Assembly: GCA_943704425.1 (NCBI GenBank)
Contig: CALSCP010000486.1
Span: forward strand, 91,447 to 133,456
Direction: 5' to 3'
Length of the DNA stretch: 42,010 nucleotides
Source: Ministeria vibrans ATCC 50519
Taxonomy: Eukaryota > Protista > Filasterea
The notes beneath the pieces are model-generated. The model was not told the DNA's origin and searched no databases. It saw only the letters and a list, made by a program, of their open reading frames with translations. Below are positions 11,383 to 23,738 of the stretch, piece by piece; position 1 is the stretch's first letter, and each line of letters opens with the position of its first letter. Position numbers and translations under genes: made by a program.

Positions 11383-12604
11383 TTACTGCCAGGGCGGAGA
11401 GTACTGCGGCTGCCACTCATTCTCGCAGTAGCTAGAGATTCCAATCATATAATAAGTGCATTTCTGTGTTAGCTAGTGCGTGTTTATTATATATAATATT
11501 ATATGTATGTGTGTGTACCCTGGGCCAAGAATGGGCTCTGCCTGAATGCCACGACGAACATAGCGACAGCGCTGCGCATTGATGCGCAATGAGGCATCGT
11601 TGAGGTCTGTGGTCGTCTTGCTGCTCCACAGGCGCTCACCCACGGCGCTTGCCCGGACCCATGTGCGAGATAGGGCGTTCGTGTCGTCGACGTACTGGGT
11701 TAAAAACGGAGAAAGAATAAAAGAAGGAAAGAGGAGGGAGAAAAAACAGAGTGAAAGAAGGAAGAGAAACAAAGTCTATTTATATTATTTTCTTACCTCT
11801 CCCCACATGCATGCTTCTCCTCCCACCACCAACTCCTTCTGAGCGTCGCTTCCATCAAATGCAGTTGGCTCCACCAAGTAGTACGTCTTCCAATCCTCTC
11901 CGTACGAAATGTAGTTCAAGTACCAGGGACTCGACACAATCGCCTGAAGTCCCGCTTTGGTCACTTTGCTCATTGTGACATTCCAATTGCCCTTCCACAC
12001 ATGAATCACAGTGTCTGGTCGCACCTACTCATTCAATCAGTACTCAATTACTCTCTCTTGATGGCTCTACACACACATACACATACACACACACACCTGC
12101 ACGCCATTGTCAAAGATCTCCTCCCACACGACATAGCCATGGTTCAGGCCGGCCATGATCGCAAGAAGACGCTGCTCGTAGTAGTTCTCAAGCAAACCGT
12201 AGTCAGTCCATCCTAGGCACATGGCACAGTGCACAACAGGTGAGTTCATGAGTGTATTCCTTCGGGTTTGAGGCACACTTTGTCACAAGTTAAAATTGCA
12301 CTTTAGGGTTAGGGATAGAGTTGATTTGGGTTCAAAAGAGTAGGGCTTGTCATTGGGGTAAAGAAGGGTACCCTTTTCGGCCATGAACTGTTGAATGTGT
12401 GGATTGCTCTCCCAACAGCTGAAAGAGACCTGCGGAAGACAGTTAGATAAATAAATCTGCTCTCTCTCTTGTCTGACTTACTTCATCTCCGCCCAAATGA
12501 ACATAATGGTCAGGAAACACAGACACAATTTCAGTAAAAAGGGCGGTAAGAAAGTCAAAAGTGCTGTTCTTGGAAGGATCAATCGGACCGACAGTGCCAG
12601 TCGG
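11383..12604 (-). CDS. Beta-hexosaminidase (GH20), 3' half
   Basis: A phase-0 acceptor precedes [19 protein letters not shown]...HLGGDE|[10 protein letters not shown] (catalytic DE). It continues [45 protein letters not shown]|[16 protein letters not shown] and [13 protein letters not shown]. Confidence 0.93.
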
Positions 12605-12649
12605 CTAAACACATAACACAAATGCACCATCAGAATTATTCTACTCGTC

Positions 12650-12802
12650 TCTCTCTTTCTCTATCACTTTGTTTCTTTCTCCTCTCTCTATTACTTTGTT
12701 TCTTTCTCCTCTCTCTCTATCACTTTGTTTCTTTCTCCTCTTTCTCTATCACTTTGTTTCTTTCTCCTCTCTCTCTATCACTTTGTTTCTTTCTCCTCTC
12801 TC
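12650..12802. repeat. Same ~29-bp minisatellite as 1782-1898
   Basis: About 5 tandem copies next to the gap. Confidence 0.9.
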
Positions 12803-12811
12803 NNNNNNNNN
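12803..12811. other. Assembly gap (N run), followed by (CT)n to ~12902
   Basis: Run of n. Confidence 1.
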
Positions 12812-12906
<95 letters not shown>

Positions 12907-12909
12907 CAG

Positions 12910-15900
12910 GAACTGCTCACAATGGAGTACATGGAGAAGTGCGGTGTCGGCGACTGTGTGCTTCTCGAAGGTGAGCATTCCCCACCCGCGATTGAGCATG
13001 AGAGACATCGATAACCCGTCCGTGTCCTTCTCCTTCAGACTACCGCAGTGAAGATGTCTTCTGCGAGAACCTTCAGAAGCGCTTCAACAACCAGCTTGTC
13101 TACACGTACATTGGCCCCGTGGTAGTGTCGGTGAATCCGTTCAAGGTGAGTCAGAGCGATCGTGATAGGTGGGGTAACTCACTCACATATCTGTTTTTGT
13201 TTCGTTCAGAATGTCCCGGGTCTGTATGCTGACGCAAAGATTGAAGAGTACCGCAGCAAGAACATATTTGAGAACCCACCGCACATCTACGCGCTTGCGG
13301 ATGTGTCGTTCCGTGCGATGCGCGAGGACATGGACGACCAGTGCATTCTGATTTCGGGTGAGAGTGGAGCGGGAAAGACCGAGGCGAGCAAGAAGGTGTT
13401 GGAGTACCTTGCGCGCATCAGCACCGACTCGTCCGATGGCGGCTCGATCAAGGACCGTCTGTTGCAGTCGACGCCCGTTCTTGAGGCCTTTGGCAACGCC
13501 AAGACACATCGCAACGACAACTCATCGCGCTTTGGCAAGTACATGGACGTCACGTTTGACTTTAAGGGCGCGCCCATTGGCGGGCGCATCCTCAACTACC
13601 TTTTGGAGAAGTCTCGTGTTGCCTTTCAGCAGCCAGGTAATAATAGAAGGGGGTGTGTGAGCGAACGAGCAGTCGTCGTGGGGAAGGAGAGAGTGGGTCT
13701 GATAAGAGAAAATATTCATTGCTTACGACAACTTTCCGCCAACGTTTCACAGGTGAGCGCAACTTCCACTTCTTCTACCATCTTCTGGCGGGCGGTTCTG
13801 ACGCGGTTCTTGACGCACTGCGACTCTCACGCGACTACTCCTCGTACTCTTACCTCTGCCAGAGCGAGCCACCCCGCACGCTTGACGACGCGGCCGAGTT
13901 CACGCACGTTTACAGCGCCATGGCCGCACTGGGCTTTACCAAGGAGGAGCAAGACGCCCTTCTCTACATTTGCGCGTCTATCATCCACTTGGGCGAGGTC
14001 ACTTGTGAGCGTGCTGAGAATGGCGACGCGTGTCTTCCTCGCGGTGAAAGCTCAAACCATCTCCGTACTCACCTTCAAACCCAATTTGCAAACGTTTTGG
14101 CTGATTGTTGTGTGCCTCTGCAATAGAAATGGTCAATTACCTGCTTGCGCTTGATGAAGGGTCTCTGGGGCGAGCACTCACTCAACGTACCATCAAAGCG
14201 CGCGGACAAGACATTCAGACGGTAATGTGCAGGACACAATATATTTGAGTGATTTGAATTGATTTTTGCATGTGTGTGTAGAATTTGACGGTGGAGCAGT
14301 CGCTGTACGCACGCGATGCGTTGGCAAAGAGCACATACGACAAGATGTTCACGTGGATTGTGGAGCGGATCAACCAGAGCCTTGCCCACGCCGACAGCAC
14401 ACAGGGCCGCACGGCCGTCATTGGGTTGCTCGACATTTATGGGTTTGAGATCTTCGAGGTGAATGGGTTTGAGCAGGTGTGCATCAACTACTGCAATGAA
14501 AAGCTCCAGCAGCTGTTCATTGAGCTGACGCTGCAGAGCGAGCAGAATGAGTATCGCAATGAGGGCATTGAGTGGGAACATGTCGACTACTTCAACAACA
14601 AAGTGAGTAGTTATTGTGGATGTTTGTCAATCCGTTTTTTTTTTTTACACTTTTTTCTTTTAGGTCATTTGTGATCTCATCGAGGCAAAGCATGGTGGAA
14701 TCTTTGGTCTGCTTGACGAAGAGGTACGAAAATTTGACTATTATTATTATTATTAAAATAATTAAAAATTCTATTATATTAAATTTTCTATTATTATTAT
14801 TAAATTTCTATTATTATTATAATTATTTTATTAATTTCGTATATGAATCTCTCTTTCTATCTATTGTTTAGTGTCTGCGACCTGGTCAGCCGACTGACGC
14901 GACCTTTTTACGCAAGATGGACTCACAGCTGGAGCGCAGTGACTACTACACGTCGTTTGCCGAGGTGTCTGCTCGCAATCGCACTGCCAAGAGTACTCTG
15001 CAACGCAACCAATTCCAGATTATGCATTACGCCGGAAACGTTGTCTACTGCATTGAGGGCTTCATTGACAAGAACAACGATTTGCTCTTCCTCGATCTTC
15101 GGTCCGTCCCGACAGTGAAAAGAAAATGAGAGAGACTAAAGCTCTGTTTGTGTGTATGTGTGTGGGTGTAGATTGGCAATGAGCTCGTCCAAGAACATTG
15201 TGGTGGGCACGTGCTTCCCGTCTGACGAGGCTACGTCGCTCAAGCGCCCAGCCACTGCCGCGACCCAGTTTCGCAGTAGTGTCAATGCTCTTGTGGACAT
15301 TCTCCGCTCCAAGAACCCCTCCTATGTGCGCTGCATCAAGCCCAACATGGAAAAGAGATCCGGCTTTTTCGACGAGCAGATTGTCCGTCATCAGGTAAAA
15401 AAAAAAAGTTAGTATTCGGATTGAAATTTCTTTATCAAATCATTTACTGGTTTCTTGTTTACTCGATCCACTCTCACGGTCTTACTTACTTACTCTCTTC
15501 CTCTCACCCGCTCTCCTCTTTCATCCTTGTTTCAGGTACGCTACCTTGGTCTGATGGAAAACCTGCGTGTGCGAAGGACAGGCTATGTGTTCCGCCGCAA
15601 CTACCGCAAGTTTCTCGACCGCTACAAAGTGTGCAGCAAGCGCACTTGGCCTCGCTTCAACGGCAGTGCACGCGACGGCTGTATGGCTCTCATGGAGGAC
15701 TTGTCCTTGCCTTCCAATGAATTTGCCTTTGGTCGCTCTATGGTATGAAAATACTCTATTGTATAATGAGACATTATACTTGTTTGACTTTCGTTTTGGT
15801 AGATTTTCATCCGGAGTCCACGAACACTGTTTTCCCTGGAGGAGGTGTATGGAGTGGCGGTGAACCATCCTGCGTCGGTGATCAAGGCGGCGTGGAAGGG

Positions 15901-16717
15901 CAAGAAGCAGCGCACCGAATACAAGAAGATGCAGTGGGCCGTGACGTTTCTGGCGGCGCGATGGAAGTCGTATGCAGCGCGCAAGGCCATGGCACGTCGC
16001 AAGAAGGCTGTTGAGTTGATTCGGCAGCTTGTGCGTGGTTTCAAGGCGCGCAAGGGACCTCCGTCGCGCGACAACGAGGCCTACTTTACGTTTGTGCGTC
16101 AGTCGTATCTTAAGCAACTCGCGCGCTTCTGCTCCGTCCACATGAAGGTTGTCGATCCCACTCCCTGGCCCAAGCCCCCGCCGTGCTGTGCCGAAGCGAG
16201 CAAGTTGCTTCTGAGCAAGAAGCGTGCTATTGCCTCTCGAATGTAATTGAGAGAGAGAGAAAAGTGGAATGGTGTTGTTAAATAGTGATTGTAGGTACCG
16301 TCTGGCGCTGACGAAGAAGCGAATGGCACAGCTGCAGCTCAAGTTCTCGTGCAGCAAACTGTTCCGTGGCAAAAAACAAGGCTACGAGGAGTCTGTGCCG
16401 CGTCTGTTCCATGCCGACTACGTTGACATGAAGCAACAGATCAAGAGCATCAACTGGGACCGCACCGCCAAGAAGTACCCAGGAGTAAGGATTGTGTTTG
16501 TGTTTTTGTGTGGGTGAAGTATTGAGAGAGAGTGTGTGTAGGAGCGACGCATTTTCGCATGTCGAGTGCTCAAGGCAAACCGATCGAACTTGAAACCGTC
16601 GGAACGTATTCTTGTGTGCACTGACCACGCAGTATACATTCTCGCAAGTGACTTCAAGCTGAAAACGGTAAAATGTGTGATTCTGTATTGTTTTCTTTAG
16701 TCCTAACATGTGTGTGT

Positions 16718-16749
<32 letters not shown>

Positions 16750-17278
16750 AGCGCATTGGGTTCAATGAGATCCAAGGGTTCTCCACGTCGACTCAATGGG
16801 ACCATGCTGTTGTGATTCACGTGACGGAGGAAGTAAGTATTTGAATGTGTTCATTGGGTCGTGTTCTTACTTGTGTGTGTGCGTGTGTGTAGACTCGCCA
16901 GAGATGTGGGGACTACCTTTTGCTGTCGGAGAAGGTGCTTGAGCTGATCACCAAGCTGTCGCTCGCCTCGAAGAAGACCAAGAAAGTCTACATTGCCGAC
17001 GAGTAAGAGCAAGACAAAGAGATACAATTCGAGAGCGAGACTAAACTAATTCTATTTTTATTGTTGTTATTTTAATCTTTGGTAGGTTTGATCTGACGTT
17101 GAAGGGCGGAAAGAAGTCTTTGACAGTGCGGTGTTTAGGCAGCGACCGTCCCGAAGTGTTCTGCAAGAAGGGGGTCGTCCATGTGTCGTATCCACCTCGT
17201 CGGGAGTTTACAGACTACAGAGTGTCCGGCAAGGCTGCGTCCATCCTTGCAAAGTTGGAGGCCCCCGCTCCCCTCTGA
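12910..17278 (+). CDS. Class I myosin (short-tailed: motor, IQ, TH1), multi-exon
   Basis: [86 protein letters not shown] and [14 protein letters not shown]-like IKAAWKG and LAARWKS motifs and a basic TH1 tail follow, with the stop at 17278. Confidence 0.93.
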
Positions 17279-17866
17279 ACCGAGTGATCTCTCTTTTTAT
17301 TTTATTTTCCTTTTTGTTCTCTTTTTTGCGTTGTGTTTTTTTTGTGTTTGAGAGAGAGAAATATGAAGATCGATGAGTGTATGGGAGTTATGAGATTAAA
17401 AGACAGAGTAGTATATTCAGAAAAAACAATGAGACTCTCTGAATGTGACAATGTCTCGGAATGAATAAGTAGATTGAACTTGATGTGACCCTATAAACAT
17501 TCGAGTCAATTTTCCAATAATAAGACGCATTATTAGTATTGCTGTTTGTATTTATTCTTGTTTTGACACTGACTACAGCTCTATATTCTCATTTTTGTAT
17601 TTTCTTATTGGGAATAAGTGAATGAAGTCAGGAGAGAAACGTTGCCTCAAGGAGAAAAAATAATAGAAAAAAGAGTAATACAATTGACAGTACTTTGCCA
17701 TAGACTATCTTTCTTATTCAGCAATCATCATTGAACATGAATTTTTCTGCGCTTAAATCAACATCAATTGATTATGTTTCAGTTTTGGAAAATTTTGGAC
17801 TTCACACAACTTATAGTCTCTTACAGTGACTTACTTCAGTTGACATACTTGACAAATCGAGGATTC

Positions 17867-18523
17867 ATGCCTGTTGAAATATGCGTTGACTCAGTTGAAA
17901 GCGCTCTGAATGCAGCTGAGGGAGGCGCTGTGCGGGTGGAACTTTGTTCTGCTCTCGCTCTTGGTGGTCTGACACCTTCAGGCGGACTTGCGCGGCGCGT
18001 TCTGGATGCTGTAGGAGATTGCATTGAAGTGTACTGTATGGTGAGACCAAGAGGTGAGTCACAAGGTCAACATTGAGCGAGAACAAACCCATTTGTGTTT
18101 CAGAGGGCGATTTTCTGTACAGCGATTCAGAATTTGATGTTATGATTCTCGACGTTACGGCTCTTAAAGCGCTTCCTATTCACGGATTGGTCACGGGGAT
18201 ACTAACTGCCGACGGTGAGGTGGACGAGGCAAGGATGAAGAGACTAATAGGTACAGTATTACTGTACGATGATCGAATGAGTATGTATTAAGTTGACAGT
18301 CTATTCTCTGTCTTCCTGCAGCGGCCGCCTCGCCACTTCCTGTCACCTTTCATCGCGCTTTTGACATGACCGCAAACCCCGAGAAAGCAGTAAGGACAAT
18401 TGAAAGAAAGTAAGTATCCAATGATCGCATATGTTTCTCTCTCTCTCTATCACTTTGTTTCTTTCTATCTCTCTCTGTATCACTTTGTTTCTTTCTATCT
18501 ATCTATCTATCTCTCTCTCTCTT

Positions 18524-18555
<32 letters not shown>

Positions 18556-18942
18556 GCTCAGCTGCAACAGTTGGTCTCTCTTGACATCACACGGGTGCTC
18601 ACCAGTGGCACCTACAGCTCTGCGCTCGCCGGCGCACACGTACTCAACAGCTTACACGCACTTCACCTCCCTATCAACATCATGGCGGGTGCAGGTGTCT
18701 CACCTTCAACACTCCCTGAGCTTCTTCAAGTCTGTCCATGGCTCACTGAGGTTCACGCGAGTGCCCGCTCCACACGTCACAGCACAATGCGCTATATCAA
18801 TCCAAACACCCTCTCAATGGGCTCATCATTATCATCCACGCCACAATACCATTTGGAATCCGATCTTCGCTTTGCCAATCGTCTCATCGTCTCAGAGCTC
18901 GTACAACTCATTGAAACAAAAGAAAAACAATTCATTTTATAA
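17867..18942 (+). CDS. CUTC: Copper homeostasis protein CutC (spliced)
   Basis: [43 protein letters not shown]|x[28 protein letters not shown] and EVHASAR. Confidence 0.93.
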
Positions 18943-18962
18943 TATTTGGGAAAAAAAAGCCA

Positions 18963-20626
18963 TCATTCACTTTTGTTGACACCCAATTCCTTATAGAGCG
19001 TATCATACGATTGTTGCTCAACACCGCTCTCCTCCTCCTCCTTACTCTCACTCTGCGGCTGTGGCTCAGTACTCTCTGAATGAGCCCAAAACGGTTGTTT
19101 CGGGGCACTCGTCTCACTCGTCTCAGTCACTTTCTGTCGTTTCGTTTCTGTCTCACTTGTACTCTCTGGTTCGTCCGTTGTAGGTTCTTCGGATCGTTCG
19201 CGTTTGGTCGCTATTGGAAACAAAACAGAAGTGTTAGATGGGAGAGGAGAAAAAATAAAGTGGTAGAGAAATAGAGAGAGAACAAAAGGATAAAATATAA
19301 ATAATTATTATAATATAAATATAATTATTATAATATTATAATAATTATATAATATACGTATATATTTGTGTGTGAGCAAAATAAAATTACGTTGAGTGGG
19401 TTCTTGAGGCTTTGGAGTGACAGTCTAAAGCGAAAAAAGTCAAAAAATGAGAATGGACAATCGGGTTGACTATAATAACATACTTCTGCTTCTTGAAAGA
19501 CTCTCTTTGGGGGCAGGGTGGACTGCAAAAGAGGATCGACAGGCTGAGGAAGCAAAGGAGGTTGGTAGAAGGACTGGGCAGGGCCCTGTTGTGACGACGA
19601 CAGTGGCTGTTGCGGTAGTGATTGAGGTTGTTGAGGGGGCTGGGTGTAGTACTGTGGGCCTGGTTGAGAGTAAGGCTGTGCTTGGCCGTAGTAGTATTGT
19701 TGTTGTTGTTGTTGTTGTTGATGCTGCTGTTGTTGGGCGTAGTAATCCTGTTGTGTGTGTGTGTGTGTGTCAGTGTGATGCGCTCATGGAGTATATTGTA
19801 TTGTTTTTTAATATTACGTAGCCAGTGGTCATTTGCGGCTGCTGCTGCTGCTGTTGTTGGTAGTGTTGCTCTTGTTGTTGTTGCGGCTGACCTGCCGATG
19901 CGTAGTAGTCGACAAACTGCGGTTGTTGTGTGGCCGATGAGCCGTGACGGCCAATTTGGTCTTCGTACTGTTTGCGGACGGACGCGACGAGACTCTCGCA
20001 CAGACTGCGCGCGCGAAGAGCCCCATTCTGGTCAATATGGCTAAACACGTGGATGTTAAGATGCAATTCTGTCTCACACAACTCACAACAAAGCCAAAAC
20101 AATAATGTACCTAATGTGGAGGTGAATGGGCTCGTCCGACTCGACGTTGGTGCGGCGGTCAATGAAGCCAGAGCCGGCGCCGCGCACTGTGACACGCGCG
20201 CCCGTCTCGTCCTGGATGTGCCTAATGAACTGTCCGCCGGGTCCAAGCAGTTTGGGACGCAATGGAAGGGACGGGTGGGGCGACTCAATGTTGATGTAGA
20301 TGCGCTCTTCGCAGTAGCGAGTGCGCTGTGGGGGCTGGGCATAGTCGCCTACACCGGGAGGCGGTTGCTGTCCTTGCGTGTTGAAGCCCAGGCCGAAGTG
20401 CGGGCGGGCGGGCGGGGCGCCGNNNNNNNNNNGTGATCAATGGCGTGCGAGGGTACCGTGCGCTGCAGCAACTGTATGGCGGGCGGGCGGGGCGCCGTAC
20501 TGGGGTGCAACGGGACGAGGAGCATAACCTTGCATGGGCGTCGGGAGCATACCACGTGGGGGTGCACCGTAGCCAGCGTAAGGCTGCTGCGGCATCTGCT
20601 GTGGCTGCGGTGGCTGTTGCTGTGGC

Positions 20627-20659
<33 letters not shown>

Positions 20660-21415
20660 GCTGGGGGAGCGCCAGGCTGTTGGGGTGCGGCAAATCCCGA
20701 TCCTGGGACTGGTGCACCTCCATCACCTGCGGCTGCGCCTTGCGGCGGCTGGCCTGGCGTTGCTGTTGGTGGCGCTGTGCGCTCCGTCTGGTCCACTTCC
20801 TTGACGCGCTTCAGGCAGTCGGAGACAGCGGTACGCGACGTCGCACTGATCAGCAGGTACAGTGGACGTTCATTGCTGCCCGCCTGAGCCAGCTGTTCGC
20901 GCACCGCGGCTGTCATGTAGCGCCCGCGCGTCGTCAAAGCAGCGCCTGTCTCCTGCGAGATCTCGCTCAGCTTCTGTTTGCGCGTCAGCAGCATGCGCGC
21001 CGGCGAGTCGTTGATCTCAAACTCAGCCTCAAATTGCTGTTCATCACCCAAGGCGTGCGTATGGCAAGAGCAACACGCAGAAAAGAGAGTGTTAAAGGAC
21101 GAATGAGAGACGATTGTCGAACGAAACAGTAGAAAAAAAAAAAAAAAAGAAAACGTTTTTTTTCTCCTTACGTTTTGTCCAGTTTCTCTCACGTCGGGAT
21201 CAGCGGCGGAATCGGGTGCGGACGCTGCTGCGGCAGCCACACTAGGCGTGGCTGGCGGTGCCGGGGCCGCGATTCCCTTTGCGGCGAGCATTGCTTGGAC
21301 GCGCGCAGCCGCCTCCTGCGCTGCTGTGCTGCACGGGGAGGGGGACAGAAAGAACAGCGGCATTAGCGATGGGCGCGTGATCGGTTAGGTATGACGGGCA
21401 GCGCGCGAACCTCAT
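18963..21415 (-). CDS. Two-KH-domain RNA-binding protein (KHDC4/BLOM7-like) with Q/P-rich linkers; spans the gap at 20423-20432
   Basis: AAARVQAMLAAKG, EFEINDSPARMLLTR...ETGAALTTRGRYM...RPLYLLISA, and KLLGPGGQFIRHIQDETGARVTVRGAGSG...EPIHLHI. The start and 3' exon boundaries are approximate. Confidence 0.8.
20423..20432. other. Assembly gap (N run)
   Basis: Run of n. Confidence 1.
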
Positions 21416-21536
21416 AGTCTGAAGAAGGAAAAATAATCTGATCAGTGATCAGGTTTCAGTTAATTGAGTTAAATCAGTGTTCGAAGGGAATGAATAGTGT
21501 CATTTTTTCATTTCTTCTTTTCTTCGTCACAACAAG

Positions 21537-21992
21537 ATGAGCAGCAACATCACGAGCGACGGCGGCGTCGTCAAAACCGTCACACAGGCTGGCACCGGCA
21601 GCGAGCGACCGACGGCCGGCAAGCAGGTTTTCGTGCACTACACGGGACGCTTCTACGAAGGATCGCGCGAGGTGTTTGACAGCAGCGTGAAGCGTGGCAA
21701 GCCCTTCTCGTTCGCCCTGGGCCAAGGTACACGCCCATAGGCTTGAGGGGGCGTCGGGAATGGCCCATAATTGGTTTGTGCGTCCGTCTCACACTCTCAC
21801 TCCACACACACACACACACACACAGGATCTGTCATCCGCGGCTGGGACATTGGCGTTGCGACCATGACGGTCGGCGAGAAGGCCACCTTCGTCCTCAAGC
21901 CCGACTATGCGTACGGCAAGGCGGGCGCCGGCCGTGCCATTCCTCCTAACTCGACTTTGGAGTTTGACGTTGAACTATTGCGCTTTGAGTAA
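21537..21992 (+). CDS. FKBP-type peptidyl-prolyl isomerase (single domain), intron 21727-21825
   Basis: VFVHYTGR...VFDSSVKRGKPFSFALGQ|GSVIRGWDIGVATMTVGEKA...PDYAYG...IPPNSTLEFDVELL. Confidence 0.95.
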
Positions 21993-22030
21993 AGTAGTAG
22001 GACCTTTTCTTTACATTTGTCCTTCTCTCT

Positions 22031-23245
22031 TTAATGAACCCAAATTTCTTCGTCACTGACAAGCTCCCGCGCACTTCTGATCAGTGGGCCATAATCCTTG
22101 GCGTTTCCAGCGGAAAACTTCTCTGGCGTGAGCATGCGCCAGCCCCCCGGGACACGGTAGAGACATGCCATGATGACGGCTTGGTGCGTGCCGGCGCGAC
22201 TGATCTCGTAGCTGTCGCATACGGGCGTCTGGCGCTCACATGTGCCGTCGTAAATGTTGATAAAGGGCCGTTTGAAAGCCGCAATGGTAGGGGCGTTCCA
22301 GGCACTGAGGGTGAAGAAGAGGCGGTCAATGTTGGGGCTGAGTTGGTTGGGAAAAATGTGAATGACGTGGGCACATCCACTTTGCGTGGGCCTGTCACCG
22401 CTGTGCATCACCGCAGTCATTTGGGTTGGATTGACACTTAAATCAAAGTCGCCGGAGCACGATTGTTGCGGCATGATGTGATTGAAGTCAATGTGTTCGA
22501 CATACTGCGTGCCAGCGAACAGCAGACAGGAGCCATCGAGGTAGTCTGGTCCGTGGTCGGGATAGCACCATTCCAGGCTCAACACCACATGCTGAAGACT
22601 ACGTGCCGTTGCATACACCTCGAGCACATAGACAAGACGAACCTGGCAGCCATCCTCAATGCGATAGTCACACAGTCGCATCGAGCGGTTGCTCCGCGTC
22701 GCAAGCACAGGCGTGCCGCGAAACAAGAGTCGCTGGCGTGCGACACGCAAGCCACTCTTGGCCTCAATTTCCTTCATCAGCTCCAGCACCAAAAGCGCTC
22801 CAGTGATGCGGAACGGCAGTTTTTCGCCGTTGACCAGGACAACCTCAATGTCGCCTTGCGCCGTCGCGTCGGTCGGATCAACCCTCAGCTCTGTCAAGTC
22901 CGCACTTTTCGGTTCAAGCCCCTGGGAAGAGTACTTATGATCCAGCGCGCGCTGAACCCTTGCTCTCGTGGACTCGTCGACCGGCGCCTGGCACAGCGGA
23001 CAGTTGTGGCTCGCCAAAAAGTGTTTGCCGACGCACTGCGCGAAAAAAGCAAAAAAAAAGCAAAAAAAAGACACACCAACGCGAAGTACGTCAGTCTGCC
23101 GCACAGGCACAGCGGGAATCCCGCTTAACAAACAGCTTACCGCAAGGCACCAGGACGGCGCATGCTCACATCGGCTCGAGTAAGTTTTGTCGAAAAATTC
23201 GCACGTCAACTTGGACTGCGAGCATTTCCCACACTGCGTCGGCAT
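22031..23245 (-). CDS. RING finger + ubiquitin-like + TerD-like domain protein (~369 aa after removing intron 23036-23140)
   Basis: The spliced N-terminus CGKC-x18-CEH-x4-CLA|C-x10-CPLC has C3HC4 spacing. The middle, IEVVLVNGEK...VLELMKEIEAKSGLRVARQRLLFRG...LCDYRIEDGCQVRLV, follows the ubiquitin fold pattern. The C-terminus, LSLEW..DYLDGSCLLF..HSGD..IDRLFFTLS..AVIMACLYR..GWRM, follows the TerD/TerZ pattern. Confidence 0.78.
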   Translation of the reverse strand: MPTQCGKCSQSKLTCEFFDKTYSSRCEHAPSWCLAVSCLLSGIPAVPVRQTDVLRVGVSFFCFFFAFFAQCVGKHFLASHNCPLCQAPVDESTRARVQRALDHKYSSQGLEPKSADLTELRVDPTDATAQGDIEVVLVNGEKLPFRITGALLVLELMKEIEAKSGLRVARQRLLFRGTPVLATRSNRSMRLCDYRIEDGCQVRLVYVLEVYATARSLQHVVLSLEWCYPDHGPDYLDGSCLLFAGTQYVEHIDFNHIMPQQSCSGDFDLSVNPTQMTAVMHSGDRPTQSGCAHVIHIFPNQLSPNIDRLFFTLSAWNAPTIAAFKRPFINIYDGTCERQTPVCDSYEISRAGTHQAVIMACLYRVPGGWRMLTPEKFSAGNAKDYGPLIRSARELVSDEEIWVH

Positions 23246-23596
23246 CGTACTTCCCTCTCCTCGGATACGATGCCGCAGATCGCAAAGGAACAGATGAAGC
23301 GTAGAAGAAAAAAAAAAAGACTGCGATGAGCGATCTGTGGAGACAGTGAAGTGTGTAAGTACTGATCACAATTATCGCTTTGAACGGTCGAAAATGTGGT
23401 TTTGATGACTAAGCATCAACTCCAAATATTTTTTATCCACGGAAGTAAAACTACTCTATTTCACATTTTTTTCTGTTGAAGAGTCGTCTGATTCTTCATT
23501 CTACTTCCCAAGCCGTGGTCTGCAGTGCACCGCGTGGCTCCGTCTCCCGTGCCCCGCCCCCGCCCCTCCTGAGCGGTCGACCCGTCCGTCGTCAAC

Positions 23597-23705
23597 ATGT
23601 CAGCGAAAGACCATCCCCGCGTACGTTTCGCGCCCTCCCACTCCCCTCATCATCTGCTACTATGAGAGTTATCACCATTCCTCTGTCCGCTTTGACGATG
23701 GATTC

Positions 23706-23738
<33 letters not shown>

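Noticed and set aside
12302-12315. TTTAGGGTTAGGG telomere-like sequence
   Set aside because: Only two units, inside a hexosaminidase intron; compatible with chance.
12622-13051. ORFs with SLSLSL/ERERER/CVCVCV translations here and elsewhere
   Set aside because: Translations of intronic microsatellites.
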